From positions 1 to 60,235 of IMG/VR virus record IMGVR_UViG_3300045007_000064: DNA of 60,235 nt. One strand, 5' to 3'. Positions within the stretch are counted from its first letter, which is position 1; each line of letters begins with the position of its first letter. A model generated the notes under the pieces. The model was not told the origin of the DNA. It did not search any database and saw only the letters and a list, made by a program, of their open reading frames with translations. This DNA is from a virus (Duplodnaviria > Heunggongvirae > Uroviricota > Caudoviricetes). Made by a program: the position numbers and the translations under genes. Of the stretch, positions 15,971 to 23,243 are shown piece after piece.

Positions 15971-16081
15971 AAAGAGGGGCCGGATTTCTCCGACCCCTCA
16001 CTAGGATTATTTTTCAACTAAATTTAGGTAAGATGGGTGGGTACCCACTAGGGCGGCGCGCGTGTCATGTCCGCATCCTGC

Positions 16082-16336
16082 CTAGTCGATGAACCGCTCG
16101 CGAACGCGCTGCGGCCCGTACTCGATCCACCAGGCCAGCGTGTGCGACTCGCCGGGGACCGCTTCGTGGTCCTCCCACGCCTCATCGGCATCGTCACCGC
16201 GCGACAGGTGCCACCACGGCGCGATGTTGTCGGGGTCGTCCTCGTACGAGGAATTGACCTCCACGAAAAGCGGGCACGGCTCCCCGTCTTCGTTGTGACC
16301 GGCGCAGAGGATGTAATCCGGCTCTTTGAGTGACAT
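16082..16336 (-). CDS. hypothetical protein (C..H..C...H)
   Basis: RBS CAGGGAAAGGGA; TTGACA-17-TAAGGT. Confidence 0.8.
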   Translation of the reverse strand: MSLKEPDYILCAGHNEDGEPCPLFVEVNSSYEDDPDNIAPWWHLSRGDDADEAWEDHEAVPGESHTLAWWIEYGPQRVRERFID

Positions 16337-16368
16337 GTGATTCCCTTTCCCTGGAATGTACTACCACC

Positions 16369-16848
16369 TTACCGCACGTTGGCCAGCGTGTCAACCTTGC
16401 GGTACGTGATGACGTGCGCGGGGTTGTACTTGGTCGGGTCGCACTTGTAGCAGGACCGATTGTTGCGCGGCTTGCGCCAGAATCGGTAGGTGGACACGTG
16501 ACCCGCGGGGCACGTTCCGACCCACGGCGCGGCTTCCGCTCGCAGGTTCGGCGCGTCGGTGGTGGCGGCGGTGGGGTTGGCTCCCAGCCGCAGGGCGATG
16601 ATCTTCCACGCGCGTCCGTGTCCCGCGGTGGGACCGGCAAGTGCGTGTGCAACCTCGTGACGAATGGTGTCCATCACCTGTTCGGCGGTACTCGCCTTGG
16701 TCATCGGACGCGAGAGCGTGATCGTCTTGTCCCGGTAGTTGCACGATCCCAGACGCTGAACGGCATTGTCCCAGCGGAACTTCCACTCCAGCGGCAGGTT
16801 TGCGGCCATGACTCCCAGCGCCATGACGCGGGCCTCTTCAAGATTCAT
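16369..16848 (-). CDS. SprT-like zinc metalloprotease
   Basis: LGSC...ITLS...IRHEVAHAL...GHGRAWK and a C-terminal C..H/CxxC finger; RBS GAGGGAAGGGAACCC. Confidence 0.85.
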   Translation of the reverse strand: MNLEEARVMALGVMAANLPLEWKFRWDNAVQRLGSCNYRDKTITLSRPMTKASTAEQVMDTIRHEVAHALAGPTAGHGRAWKIIALRLGANPTAATTDAPNLRAEAAPWVGTCPAGHVSTYRFWRKPRNNRSCYKCDPTKYNPAHVITYRKVDTLANVR

Positions 16849-16912
16849 CGGGTTCCCTTCCCTCGTGTGATACCAGCATACCCTATCCGCACCGCATCTG
16901 CAAGCTGGAATC

Positions 16913-16936
16913 CGCGCAAGAGTCCTGCCACTAAAC
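16913..16936 (+). promoter_or_regulatory. 24-bp intergenic motif
   Basis: CGCGCAAGAGTCCTGCCACTAAAC. Confidence 0.85.
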
Positions 16937-16940
16937 GGAG

Positions 16941-16992
16941 AAACCCCCGGAGCGCGCGGGGGAAAGGGGAAAGGGAGGCGCGCCCCGGGGGT
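16941..16992 (-). terminator. 15-bp hairpin with a 20-nt anti-SD loop CUCCCUUUCCCCUUUCCCCC
   Basis: stem 16978-92/16943-57 with one G.U on the minus strand, just after the stop of 17006..17353. Confidence 0.75.
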
Positions 16993-17005
16993 GGTTTGTG
17001 TGCGC

Positions 17006-17353
17006 TTAGCGCTGGAAGTCGAGGTCGTAGATTTCGACCTCGCGGGCGTTCTCGACCAGGCGCAGGATCGCGGCCCAGTTGGTCTTGCCCTTCTGACCGG
17101 TGACGTACCAGTTCTCGCCTGTCTCGCGCGGGTTCTCGGTCCGCATCGCGAGGTACTGATACGTGGTCCGCCCGCTGCCGGGGAACTTGGCCTCGATGAG
17201 GACCTTACTGCCGGGTTCCGGCTCATCGTACTTCGATGCTGAAGCCTCGGCCTCAGCGATCCGGGCGAGGACCAGCTCACGCTCGGCGGCGAGACGGTCG
17301 GCTTCAGCGCGCAGCTCAGCCGCGCGGCTCTTGGTGGATCGGATGCTTGCCAT
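17006..17353 (-). CDS. hypothetical protein
   Basis: leaderless TTGACA-18-TAGGAT-6-ATG. Confidence 0.8.
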   Translation of the reverse strand: MASIRSTKSRAAELRAEADRLAAERELVLARIAEAEASASKYDEPEPGSKVLIEAKFPGSGRTTYQYLAMRTENPRETGENWYVTGQKGKTNWAAILRLVENAREVEIYDLDFQR

Positions 17354-17362
17354 GATGTAATC

Positions 17363-17590
17363 CTACTCTCTCGGCGGGCTGGTTGTCAAGCCCGCTCGCC
17401 ACGATTTCCGGTAGAAATCGCGCGGTTCGTTGTGGTTCGGGTAATCCTCGCTCGCGAGCAGAGAATCCAGGTAGTAGATACCGGCATCGGTAAGCCACTC
17501 CCCATCGATGAGCGGTACGTCCTCTTCGGCATGCCGGATGTCCCCGATCACGCCCGCTTTGAGCGCGACCAGGGGCACCTCATCCGGCAT
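17363..17590 (-). CDS. hypothetical protein
   Basis: TGATG coupling with the upstream gene. Confidence 0.7.
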   Translation of the reverse strand: MPDEVPLVALKAGVIGDIRHAEEDVPLIDGEWLTDAGIYYLDSLLASEDYPNHNEPRDFYRKSWRAGLTTSPPRE

Positions 17591-17916
17591 CACTGGCTCA
17601 GGTCCGTCCAGTCGCGGCGGTAGCCGATCCGGAACCGACTCTGCCAGCGCTCCATCGGCTCGCCCTTGACGATGTAGGTGCCGTCCTTGCGGAGCGTGAT
17701 CGTCTTGATGGGACCGTCCGGGTCCGGCTCGTACGTCTTCTCGCCGTCGTCACCCCAGGCGTGCCCCGGCGTGACCACGGTCACCTTGTCGGCCTGCACG
17801 TCCAGCTCGCGCCCGTTGCGGCGCACGGCGATGACCGTGTACGCGCGGTGCAGTCCACCGAGCGCGGTGGAGTAGGTGGCACCCGTGCCGACCTCGATCT
17901 GAGTTTCAGTGTCCAT
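17590..17916 (-). CDS. hypothetical protein
   Basis: RBS CAGGGAAAGGGAG; TTGCAA-17-TAAGCT. Confidence 0.8.
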   Translation of the reverse strand: MDTETQIEVGTGATYSTALGGLHRAYTVIAVRRNGRELDVQADKVTVVTPGHAWGDDGEKTYEPDPDGPIKTITLRKDGTYIVKGEPMERWQSRFRIGYRRDWTDLSQ

Positions 17917-17949
17917 CTGTCTCCCTTTCCCTGGAGTGTTGACTACAGC

Positions 17950-18111
17950 TTACCGCATTGCCTCGCGATTTGCAAGCATGCGTTGCTTGACCTGCGCGTC
18001 AGTCGGCGCAGTCCATCCATGGAACCCCACCGCACGATGCCACAGGATCGAGTGCTCGTGCTTGCCCGCGCCGCACCAGGTGCAGCCATACGGGTTGAGG
18101 TAGACGTTCAT
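17950..18111 (-). CDS. 53-aa CxxC...H protein
   Basis: leaderless TTGACA-17-TACACT-6-ATG. Confidence 0.75.
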   Translation of the reverse strand: MNVYLNPYGCTWCGAGKHEHSILWHRAVGFHGWTAPTDAQVKQRMLANREAMR

Positions 18112-18155
18112 GACTCCAGTGTACGGCATCCGCATCCGCATGTCAAATCGGACCG

Positions 18156-18179
18156 CACGCAAGAGTCCGGGCACTAAAC
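18156..18179 (+). promoter_or_regulatory. 24-bp intergenic motif
   Basis: CACGCAAGAGTCCGGGCACTAAAC. Confidence 0.85.
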
Positions 18180-18218
18180 CCAAATGCCCCGCATCCGCAG
18201 ATACGAGGCATTTAGGTG

Positions 18219-18247
18219 TTGACTTTTGGATTTCGTTGCCCTATACT
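18219..18247 (+). promoter_or_regulatory. near-consensus rightward promoter facing leftward genes
   Basis: TTGACT-17-TATACT followed by a CAGGGAAAG leader but no start codon. Confidence 0.65.
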
Positions 18248-18286
18248 AGAGATATCAGCAAGAACAACTACACAGGGAAAGCGGGA

Positions 18287-18505
18287 TCAGGTCCGAACGG
18301 CGGCGGCGGTGATCCCCTGGAAGCGGAAGTTCCGGACCGCGGCGAACGCATCGGCGGCGTTCAAACCGGTGAGGTCCTTGTCCTTCTTCTCCTTCCGGTC
18401 ATAGACCGTGAGGACGGTTCCATCCGGGGCCTTGACGCTCCAGGAGGTCGAGTCGGACAGGGGCTTGCTGGTTCGGCGGTCCTTACCGCTTCCGTTCACT
18501 GACAT
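18287..18505 (-). CDS. hypothetical protein
   Basis: leaderless TACGGT-6-ATG. Confidence 0.7.
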   Translation of the reverse strand: MSVNGSGKDRRTSKPLSDSTSWSVKAPDGTVLTVYDRKEKKDKDLTGLNAADAFAAVRNFRFQGITAAAVRT

Positions 18506-18517
18506 GGCTCTACCGTA

Positions 18518-18712
18518 TCAGGCTTGCGGTTCGGTGTCAAGCGAGTGGGTGAACTTCTCGTCATCGTACTCGACGTACTGCTCACCGTACTCATTCTTGA
18601 CGGTCACACGGATAACGTCTCCGGTGTCGTCCACGCCGACCAGCTCGCCGGTCAGGCTGATAGCCTTCTCGCCGTTGTCTCGGCGGGTCACGGTTACCTT
18701 AGTCTGAGTCAT
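18518..18712 (-). CDS. hypothetical protein
   Basis: leaderless TAGGAT-6-ATG. Confidence 0.75.
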   Translation of the reverse strand: MTQTKVTVTRRDNGEKAISLTGELVGVDDTGDVIRVTVKNEYGEQYVEYDDEKFTHSLDTEPQA

Positions 18713-18724
18713 CCCGGTATCCTA

Positions 18725-18973
18725 TCAGGCCTTGAGTGCTTTGTCTACCGCGGTTAGACACTTGCGGCACACAACGGTTACGGTCTCGCCGTCTAGCACT
18801 ACACCGAACGGTCGCCAACTCACCGTGCCGTCTCCCCCTTGAACTTCACCCGCGGTTGCCTTACAGGCCCCGCATCGTGCCGTCTCATTCAGGCCGTATA
18901 CCGGCAGGCCTGCGGTTTCCAGTAGTCGTACATCTCGTGCCGTTTCGAGATAGTGTACCTCAATATGTCTCAT
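18725..18973 (-). CDS. zinc-ribbon protein (CGAC...CRKC)
   Basis: leaderless TAGGGT-6-ATG. Confidence 0.75.
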   Translation of the reverse strand: MRHIEVHYLETARDVRLLETAGLPVYGLNETARCGACKATAGEVQGGDGTVSWRPFGVVLDGETVTVVCRKCLTAVDKALKA

Positions 18974-19006
18974 ACGGTTACCCTATCAGACATTTCGCTG
19001 CGTGAT

Positions 19007-19780
19007 TTACGGTTCTACGCGCAGGCCGGTTTCTTCGAGGTTCTGGAGTGCCGGGTAGGTAATCTCGCCACGGTTGCGAACCTCGCCGGTTTCCCGTGCG
19101 AACGCGCCGAACGCGCTCTTGAACACGCCGTCCCGCTTGCCACGGTTGAACAGGCCGTCCTTGCCTCGACCGGTTGGCATCCACTCGGGCCGCACGGTTC
19201 CCAGTGCCGTCTGTACGGTTTCGACCGCACGCGCTACGGTCTTGCCGTTCGAGTCGAAGTAGCTCATCCGCACGGTTACGGTTTCACCCGCGGTTACCTT
19301 CCGGGCCGGTCGCGGTCGCACGAATCCGAGTACGTCCGTGCCGTACCGCACCCGTTCGTGTACGCCGTCTGCGAGCTGGATGCCCTGAGGCTTGCCACTG
19401 AAGGTCTGACCCTCCACGGTTCGGAAGCTTCCGTCCGCACGGAGTTCGGTTACCACGCCGACATGCGGTTGACGGTCCCACTCGCCGGGGTCCGCGCTGA
19501 AGTTGAAGAACACGATATCGCCTACCCGCGGCTTACGGTACAGACGGTTCCGGGTTGTGTAGTAGGCCAGGGCCGCAACGGTTGACTGGAATGAGACTTC
19601 CGGCGCGGTTCCGAACGCATCGGTGAGGATACGGTTGACGAACGAGCCGTTCCATTCCGTGCCCTCGTATGTCCGCGGGCTGAATGCGCTCCGCTTCTCG
19701 GGCTGTGCGTGGTAGCCAACCTGCCGTTGTGCGGCCTCGACAATCTTCGCCGGTAGCGCTCGCCGCATCCTACGGTTCAT
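19007..19780 (-). CDS. CHAP-domain protein lacking the catalytic Cys, with a degenerate PG-binding C-terminus
   Basis: IVEAAQRQVG...WNGSFV...GDIVFF...PHVGVV...TVEGQT. Confidence 0.75.
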   Translation of the reverse strand: MNRRMRRALPAKIVEAAQRQVGYHAQPEKRSAFSPRTYEGTEWNGSFVNRILTDAFGTAPEVSFQSTVAALAYYTTRNRLYRKPRVGDIVFFNFSADPGEWDRQPHVGVVTELRADGSFRTVEGQTFSGKPQGIQLADGVHERVRYGTDVLGFVRPRPARKVTAGETVTVRMSYFDSNGKTVARAVETVQTALGTVRPEWMPTGRGKDGLFNRGKRDGVFKSAFGAFARETGEVRNRGEITYPALQNLEETGLRVEP

Positions 19781-19952
19781 TGAAGCTGTCCTTCCACATC
19801 TTGGTCAGCACGGTTACAGCCGCGTCATCCTGAGTCTCACCCTGGATGGCGAGAATGGTCTCGCTGAAGTCTAGCAGGGATTTAACCTCCGTGCTGTTGA
19901 ACCTCTCACGGTTCGCTTGCCGGATCAGGGCGCGGGCGAACTCAGGCTTCAT
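19770..19952 (-). CDS. hypothetical protein
   Basis: leaderless TTGACA-18-TAGAAT-6-ATG. Confidence 0.75.
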   Translation of the reverse strand: MKPEFARALIRQANRERFNSTEVKSLLDFSETILAIQGETQDDAAVTVLTKMWKDSFNEP

Positions 19953-20115
19953 CCGTGGATTCTACCGTACGAGCGGTTTCGCTGTCAAGGACTCGCTGGA
20001 GGTCACCCCAGAGTGCTCGGAGGTTGACCAGCTCGGCGCGGGTAGACGCGGTTGCCGCGGCGCGCTCAATGCTGTGCTGCATTTCGCGCAGACGGTTCAG
20101 GTTCTCACTGCTCAT
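19942..20115 (-). CDS. 57-aa helical protein (MSSENLNRLREMQ...)
   Basis: GAGGTG RBS; fills the gap between neighbours. Confidence 0.65.
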   Translation of the reverse strand: MSSENLNRLREMQHSIERAAATASTRAELVNLRALWGDLQRVLDSETARTVESTDEA

Positions 20116-21010
20116 CCTCGATCACCTCCGCCTCAACGGTTTCGGCCTCGCCCGCCTCAACGTCCGCAACGTGCTGGAGAATCTTGGCCCGTTCCATCTG
20201 GCCCTTGCGTAGCTTCTCCAGACGCTTACGGATTTCCTCGGCGTTTTCGTTGACGGTTACCTCAACCTTAGTCTCAACCTCAATGGCTCCGCGGTTGCCG
20301 GTACGGTCCAGCAGCGAGTTGGCTGCACCGAGTCGGACGGATTCACTCTCCGCGGTTGCCGCTAGCTCTTCGAGAATGGCGGCGGCTGCGGGAGCGGCAG
20401 ACTGTAGACGGTTGCGAGTTAGCTGGGCCGCGCTGATCTGGATCGCCGGGGATCGACCCGCGCGCCGTGCGTGGAGTCGGCACATGCCCGCGGTATCGGT
20501 TGAGCCGTCCGACCACTGCCAGCATCGGGTACCGTCAGCCTTGACGGTTGAGCATCGGGTCGGTACATTTACCAGACGGGTTTGGTACAGATCGGCGTCC
20601 GGTCCGAGTGCGCGCATCTCGTCCTGCTGGCGCATGTAGGTGCGCGTGACCTTGAGAACCCACGTCGGTGCGAGGGAGGTGGAGTCCTCCGCGAGCAGGA
20701 GGCGAAGGCCGGAGAGATAGTCGGAGTTGTAATCTTCCGGGTCTTCGAGTAGCTTGGTCTTGGAGAGTGCCTGAGCGGCAGCTAGCATTTCCGCACTCAC
20801 TACCTGAATGTAGCCGGTCGGCATTCCATCGGTATCAAAGACTACGTTCCACTGAGCCTTATTCTGCTTGATGACTCGGCGGTTCTCGTAGGTGTCCTCT
20901 ACCACACCTCGTTCGATTTCTTCGAGGCCCCATTCAGACAGGTTCGGCAGTAGGCCCGGGGGAGCTTCGATCTGTAGCTCGGCGGGTTCGCCTGACTCGA
21001 TTTCCTTCAT
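20105..21010 (-). CDS. putative terminase small subunit-like protein
   Basis: HGGxSTG-type C..C..C..H module (RCSTVKADGTRC...CRLH) plus ESVRLGAANSLLDRTG and a coiled-coil tail. Confidence 0.55.
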   Translation of the reverse strand: MKEIESGEPAELQIEAPPGLLPNLSEWGLEEIERGVVEDTYENRRVIKQNKAQWNVVFDTDGMPTGYIQVVSAEMLAAAQALSKTKLLEDPEDYNSDYLSGLRLLLAEDSTSLAPTWVLKVTRTYMRQQDEMRALGPDADLYQTRLVNVPTRCSTVKADGTRCWQWSDGSTDTAGMCRLHARRAGRSPAIQISAAQLTRNRLQSAAPAAAAILEELAATAESESVRLGAANSLLDRTGNRGAIEVETKVEVTVNENAEEIRKRLEKLRKGQMERAKILQHVADVEAGEAETVEAEVIEDEQ

Positions 21011-21241
21011 TGTACAATTCCTAAGAAGTATGAACGTAGTTGCTCAGCAAACCATTTACTGAGGCAGAAACCACTACAATTCCCGGTTTAGGGAGCTTTG
21101 CAGCATCTCATTCTACGCTCTATTATACATCTCTTAGGATTGGTGATCAGACGGTCCCGTAACGCTCCATAATCACCTTGGCCCACTCCACGAGGTCTTC
21201 CGGTCGCTGACCTGACGGTTGCGTGGTATTTGACGGCTGCG

Positions 21242-21445
21242 TTATCGCCAGAGGTCGTACTCACCTCGGCGGATGCGCCGCTGAATCTCTCGCTCGATCA
21301 GTCTGCCGAGCAACCGCGTCCGAGAGTCCTTACGCCGGAGCCGTGCCACGCCCACACCGTAGTCCGATAGGGACTTGTCGGTCAGCTTTCGCAGGACCGG
21401 CACGGTTGACCGGACGACCACGGCGGTTGTCCTACGGATTCTCAT
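21242..21445 (-). CDS. small basic protein
   Basis: GAGGAG RBS. Confidence 0.65.
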   Translation of the reverse strand: MRIRRTTAVVVRSTVPVLRKLTDKSLSDYGVGVARLRRKDSRTRLLGRLIEREIQRRIRRGEYDLWR

Positions 21446-21629
21446 TGAACTCCTCGAAATCCGGCTGGTGATTCTGGTCGCGGTCGGTGTCGTGGGTCAC
21501 GCGCTTGGTGCCCTGCACGGCGGTCGGCGGGATGATCCGCTGTCCTCCCGGAGCGTTCTTCGGAATGTTCAGCCCCAGCGACTCCCAGAGGGTCATCCCC
21601 GGCTTCTTGTACGGATGCGGATCAGCCAC
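21432..21629 (-). CDS. hypothetical protein
   Basis: GTG overlapping the upstream gene. Confidence 0.6.
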   Translation of the reverse strand: MADPHPYKKPGMTLWESLGLNIPKNAPGGQRIIPPTAVQGTKRVTHDTDRDQNHQPDFEEFNENP

Positions 21630-22089
21630 GGTTGAACTCCAACTTCTCCACCGAGTAGTACTCGTCACGGACGGTTGCCGATTTCCACTCCTCGAATTCC
21701 AGAGGGGTCTTCAGGGAGAGGGTCGGCTTGCCCATGTAGTCCGAAGGCTCCAGACCCTTCTCAGCCAGAGCACTCCACGCGAGGAGTCGCTGAGCGTGTG
21801 CCTCCTGCTTGACCTGGTTCTCGCGGTCGGTCTTCAGCATGTACTCGACGTACTTGCCGGGGTAGTCGTTGAGGCGGTCCGCTTCGGCCTGAGCCTCCTC
21901 CTCGGAGCGGAAGAACCCCTTATTGGTCTCCACCTTCTCGTCCCAATCGGGACGGTAGTGCCCCGAGTCATACGACCAGTTGTAGACCAGCACCCAGATC
22001 GGAGCCTCGACCAGCTCGCGAATCTTCTCCAGGGTCATCTTTCCCGGGACGGTGGGCCAGTCCTTGTGACCGAACTCGTTGTCACTCAT
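21622..22089 (-). CDS. hypothetical protein
   Basis: 155-aa ORF from ATG 22089. Confidence 0.75.
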   Translation of the reverse strand: MSDNEFGHKDWPTVPGKMTLEKIRELVEAPIWVLVYNWSYDSGHYRPDWDEKVETNKGFFRSEEEAQAEADRLNDYPGKYVEYMLKTDRENQVKQEAHAQRLLAWSALAEKGLEPSDYMGKPTLSLKTPLEFEEWKSATVRDEYYSVEKLEFNRG

Positions 22090-22207
22090 CGCGACCCGCC
22101 GTAATGAGCGTGTCGGTTCCGAGGAACACACCCTCCTCGTACCGGAAGATCAGGATGGTGACCGCACCCGAGGGTGTCGGGGTGGTGGTCTTCACTCGTC
22201 TGTTCAT
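22082..22207 (-). CDS. 41-aa hypothetical protein (MNRRVKTTTP...)
   Basis: leaderless TTGCAA-17-TAGGCT-6-ATG. Confidence 0.65.
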   Translation of the reverse strand: MNRRVKTTTPTPSGAVTILIFRYEEGVFLGTDTLITAGRDE

Positions 22208-22216
22208 GTCTCTAGC

Positions 22217-22459
22217 CTACCCCATCCGCTCCAGATTTGCAAGCCGTTCGAGGACCTTCTGTGCGGAATCCAGAGTGTCGGTGTCCGTAACGTACACCCA
22301 GTCCAGTGACACATAGCCACCGTCATACGCACGCTTGTCGAGGACACGGGATACCGCTTGCTGGTACAGGTCCGGGGCGTCGGTCGTATCCCACGCACGA
22401 GCGGCTGCCACCGCTGTACGAAGATCGACCAAGACGACGTTCTCTCGTGACCGGATCAT
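22217..22459 (-). CDS. hypothetical protein
   Basis: start uncertain. Confidence 0.6.
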   Translation of the reverse strand: MIRSRENVVLVDLRTAVAAARAWDTTDAPDLYQQAVSRVLDKRAYDGGYVSLDWVYVTDTDTLDSAQKVLERLANLERMG

Positions 22460-22484
22460 CAGTCGATCAACTCCAGCGAGGGGG

Positions 22485-22859
22485 TCACGATGCGCTCTCC
22501 CAGGGGACGAACTCGTGGACGAGCGTACCTGCGTGCCTGTTGAACATGTACTCGACCTGGGGAGCATCAACCTGCTCTGCGAGCGCGGACGGGCTGGTGA
22601 AGTCCACCTGGTACCAGCACCCTCTGTTGTTTAGGGCAAGGTAGATCAACCCCCGAGCGAAGAAGTACAGCCCCGGGGTGGTAGGGATCGGTCGATCCAA
22701 GACCTCGAACTCCCAGTCCTCGTCACGGAAGAACCCGAACTTGCTCTCCAGCGCTCCGGAGTCGTAGGCGTGCGTCACCGTGAACTCCGCGGTGTCCTGG
22801 TTCTTCCGGCACGTCGCACGAACGCGGTCGCCGGTCCTGATCTTCGTCTGATCCGTCAT
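22485..22859 (-). CDS. hypothetical protein
   Basis: leaderless TTGACT-17-TAAGCT-6-ATG. Confidence 0.8.
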   Translation of the reverse strand: MTDQTKIRTGDRVRATCRKNQDTAEFTVTHAYDSGALESKFGFFRDEDWEFEVLDRPIPTTPGLYFFARGLIYLALNNRGCWYQVDFTSPSALAEQVDAPQVEYMFNRHAGTLVHEFVPWESAS

Positions 22860-22868
22860 AGCTCCAGC

Positions 22869-23060
22869 TTACCCTTCTGACGGATAGAAGTCAATCCCCT
22901 CTTCGTAGAACTCAGCCGTCAGCCCGTCACAGGTGAACAGCTTGATCGACACCGGTCCGAAGGTCTCGAAGAACTCGTCCGGAGCCTCCTTGCAGACCTT
23001 CTCGTATGCGTCATTCAGCTCGGCGGCAAATCGCGCGAGCATCGGATTGACGGTTGCCAT
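22869..23060 (-). CDS. small acidic protein
   Basis: AGGAGAAG RBS. Confidence 0.75.
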   Translation of the reverse strand: MATVNPMLARFAAELNDAYEKVCKEAPDEFFETFGPVSIKLFTCDGLTAEFYEEGIDFYPSEG

Positions 23061-23069
23061 TATCTTCTC

Positions 23070-23174
23070 CTACTTCTCGGGTGGACGCGCTGGACACCAG
23101 CTCTTATGCTCTTGAGCGGCGTACGGTCCGAGTCGAGGCAGTCCTAGTGGGCCGCATCGGCAATTGGATGCCAT
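23070..23174 (-). CDS. 34-aa peptide MASNCRCGPLGLPRLGPYAAQEHKSWCPARPPEK
   Basis: strong RBS AAGGAGAAG; CxC..H..C. Confidence 0.55.
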   Translation of the reverse strand: MASNCRCGPLGLPRLGPYAAQEHKSWCPARPPEK

Positions 23175-23243
23175 GTTCTTCTCCTTGTTTGGTCGTCCCG
23201 GGGGCTAGGCGGTGCGGGACAGATGCGTGCCAGCCCCCGGATT

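Larger units (their letters stand above)
18690..21676 (+). repeat. strand-polarised ACGGTT hexamer cluster (~26 copies)
   Basis: manual count; 17 copies in 18690-19913, plus many GCGGTT. Confidence 0.85.

Noticed and set aside
16369-17280. 303-aa version of the SprT ORF
   Set aside because: The upstream extension crosses a promoter, motif, hairpin and another gene; the RBS supports a start at 16848.
4527-18179. 24-bp repeats as a CRISPR array or integron attC sites
   Set aside because: Spacing is irregular (0.4-3.5 kb), orientations are mixed, there are no cas or integrase genes, and no attC-type inverted core.
19007-19780. Calling the CHAP gene the endolysin
   Set aside because: Catalytic Cys is absent and there is no lysis-cassette context.
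23187-23232. Long hairpin after the vWA gene as another sRNA
   Set aside because: No promoter found and the loop is not clearly anti-SD; more likely a U-less terminator or stabiliser.
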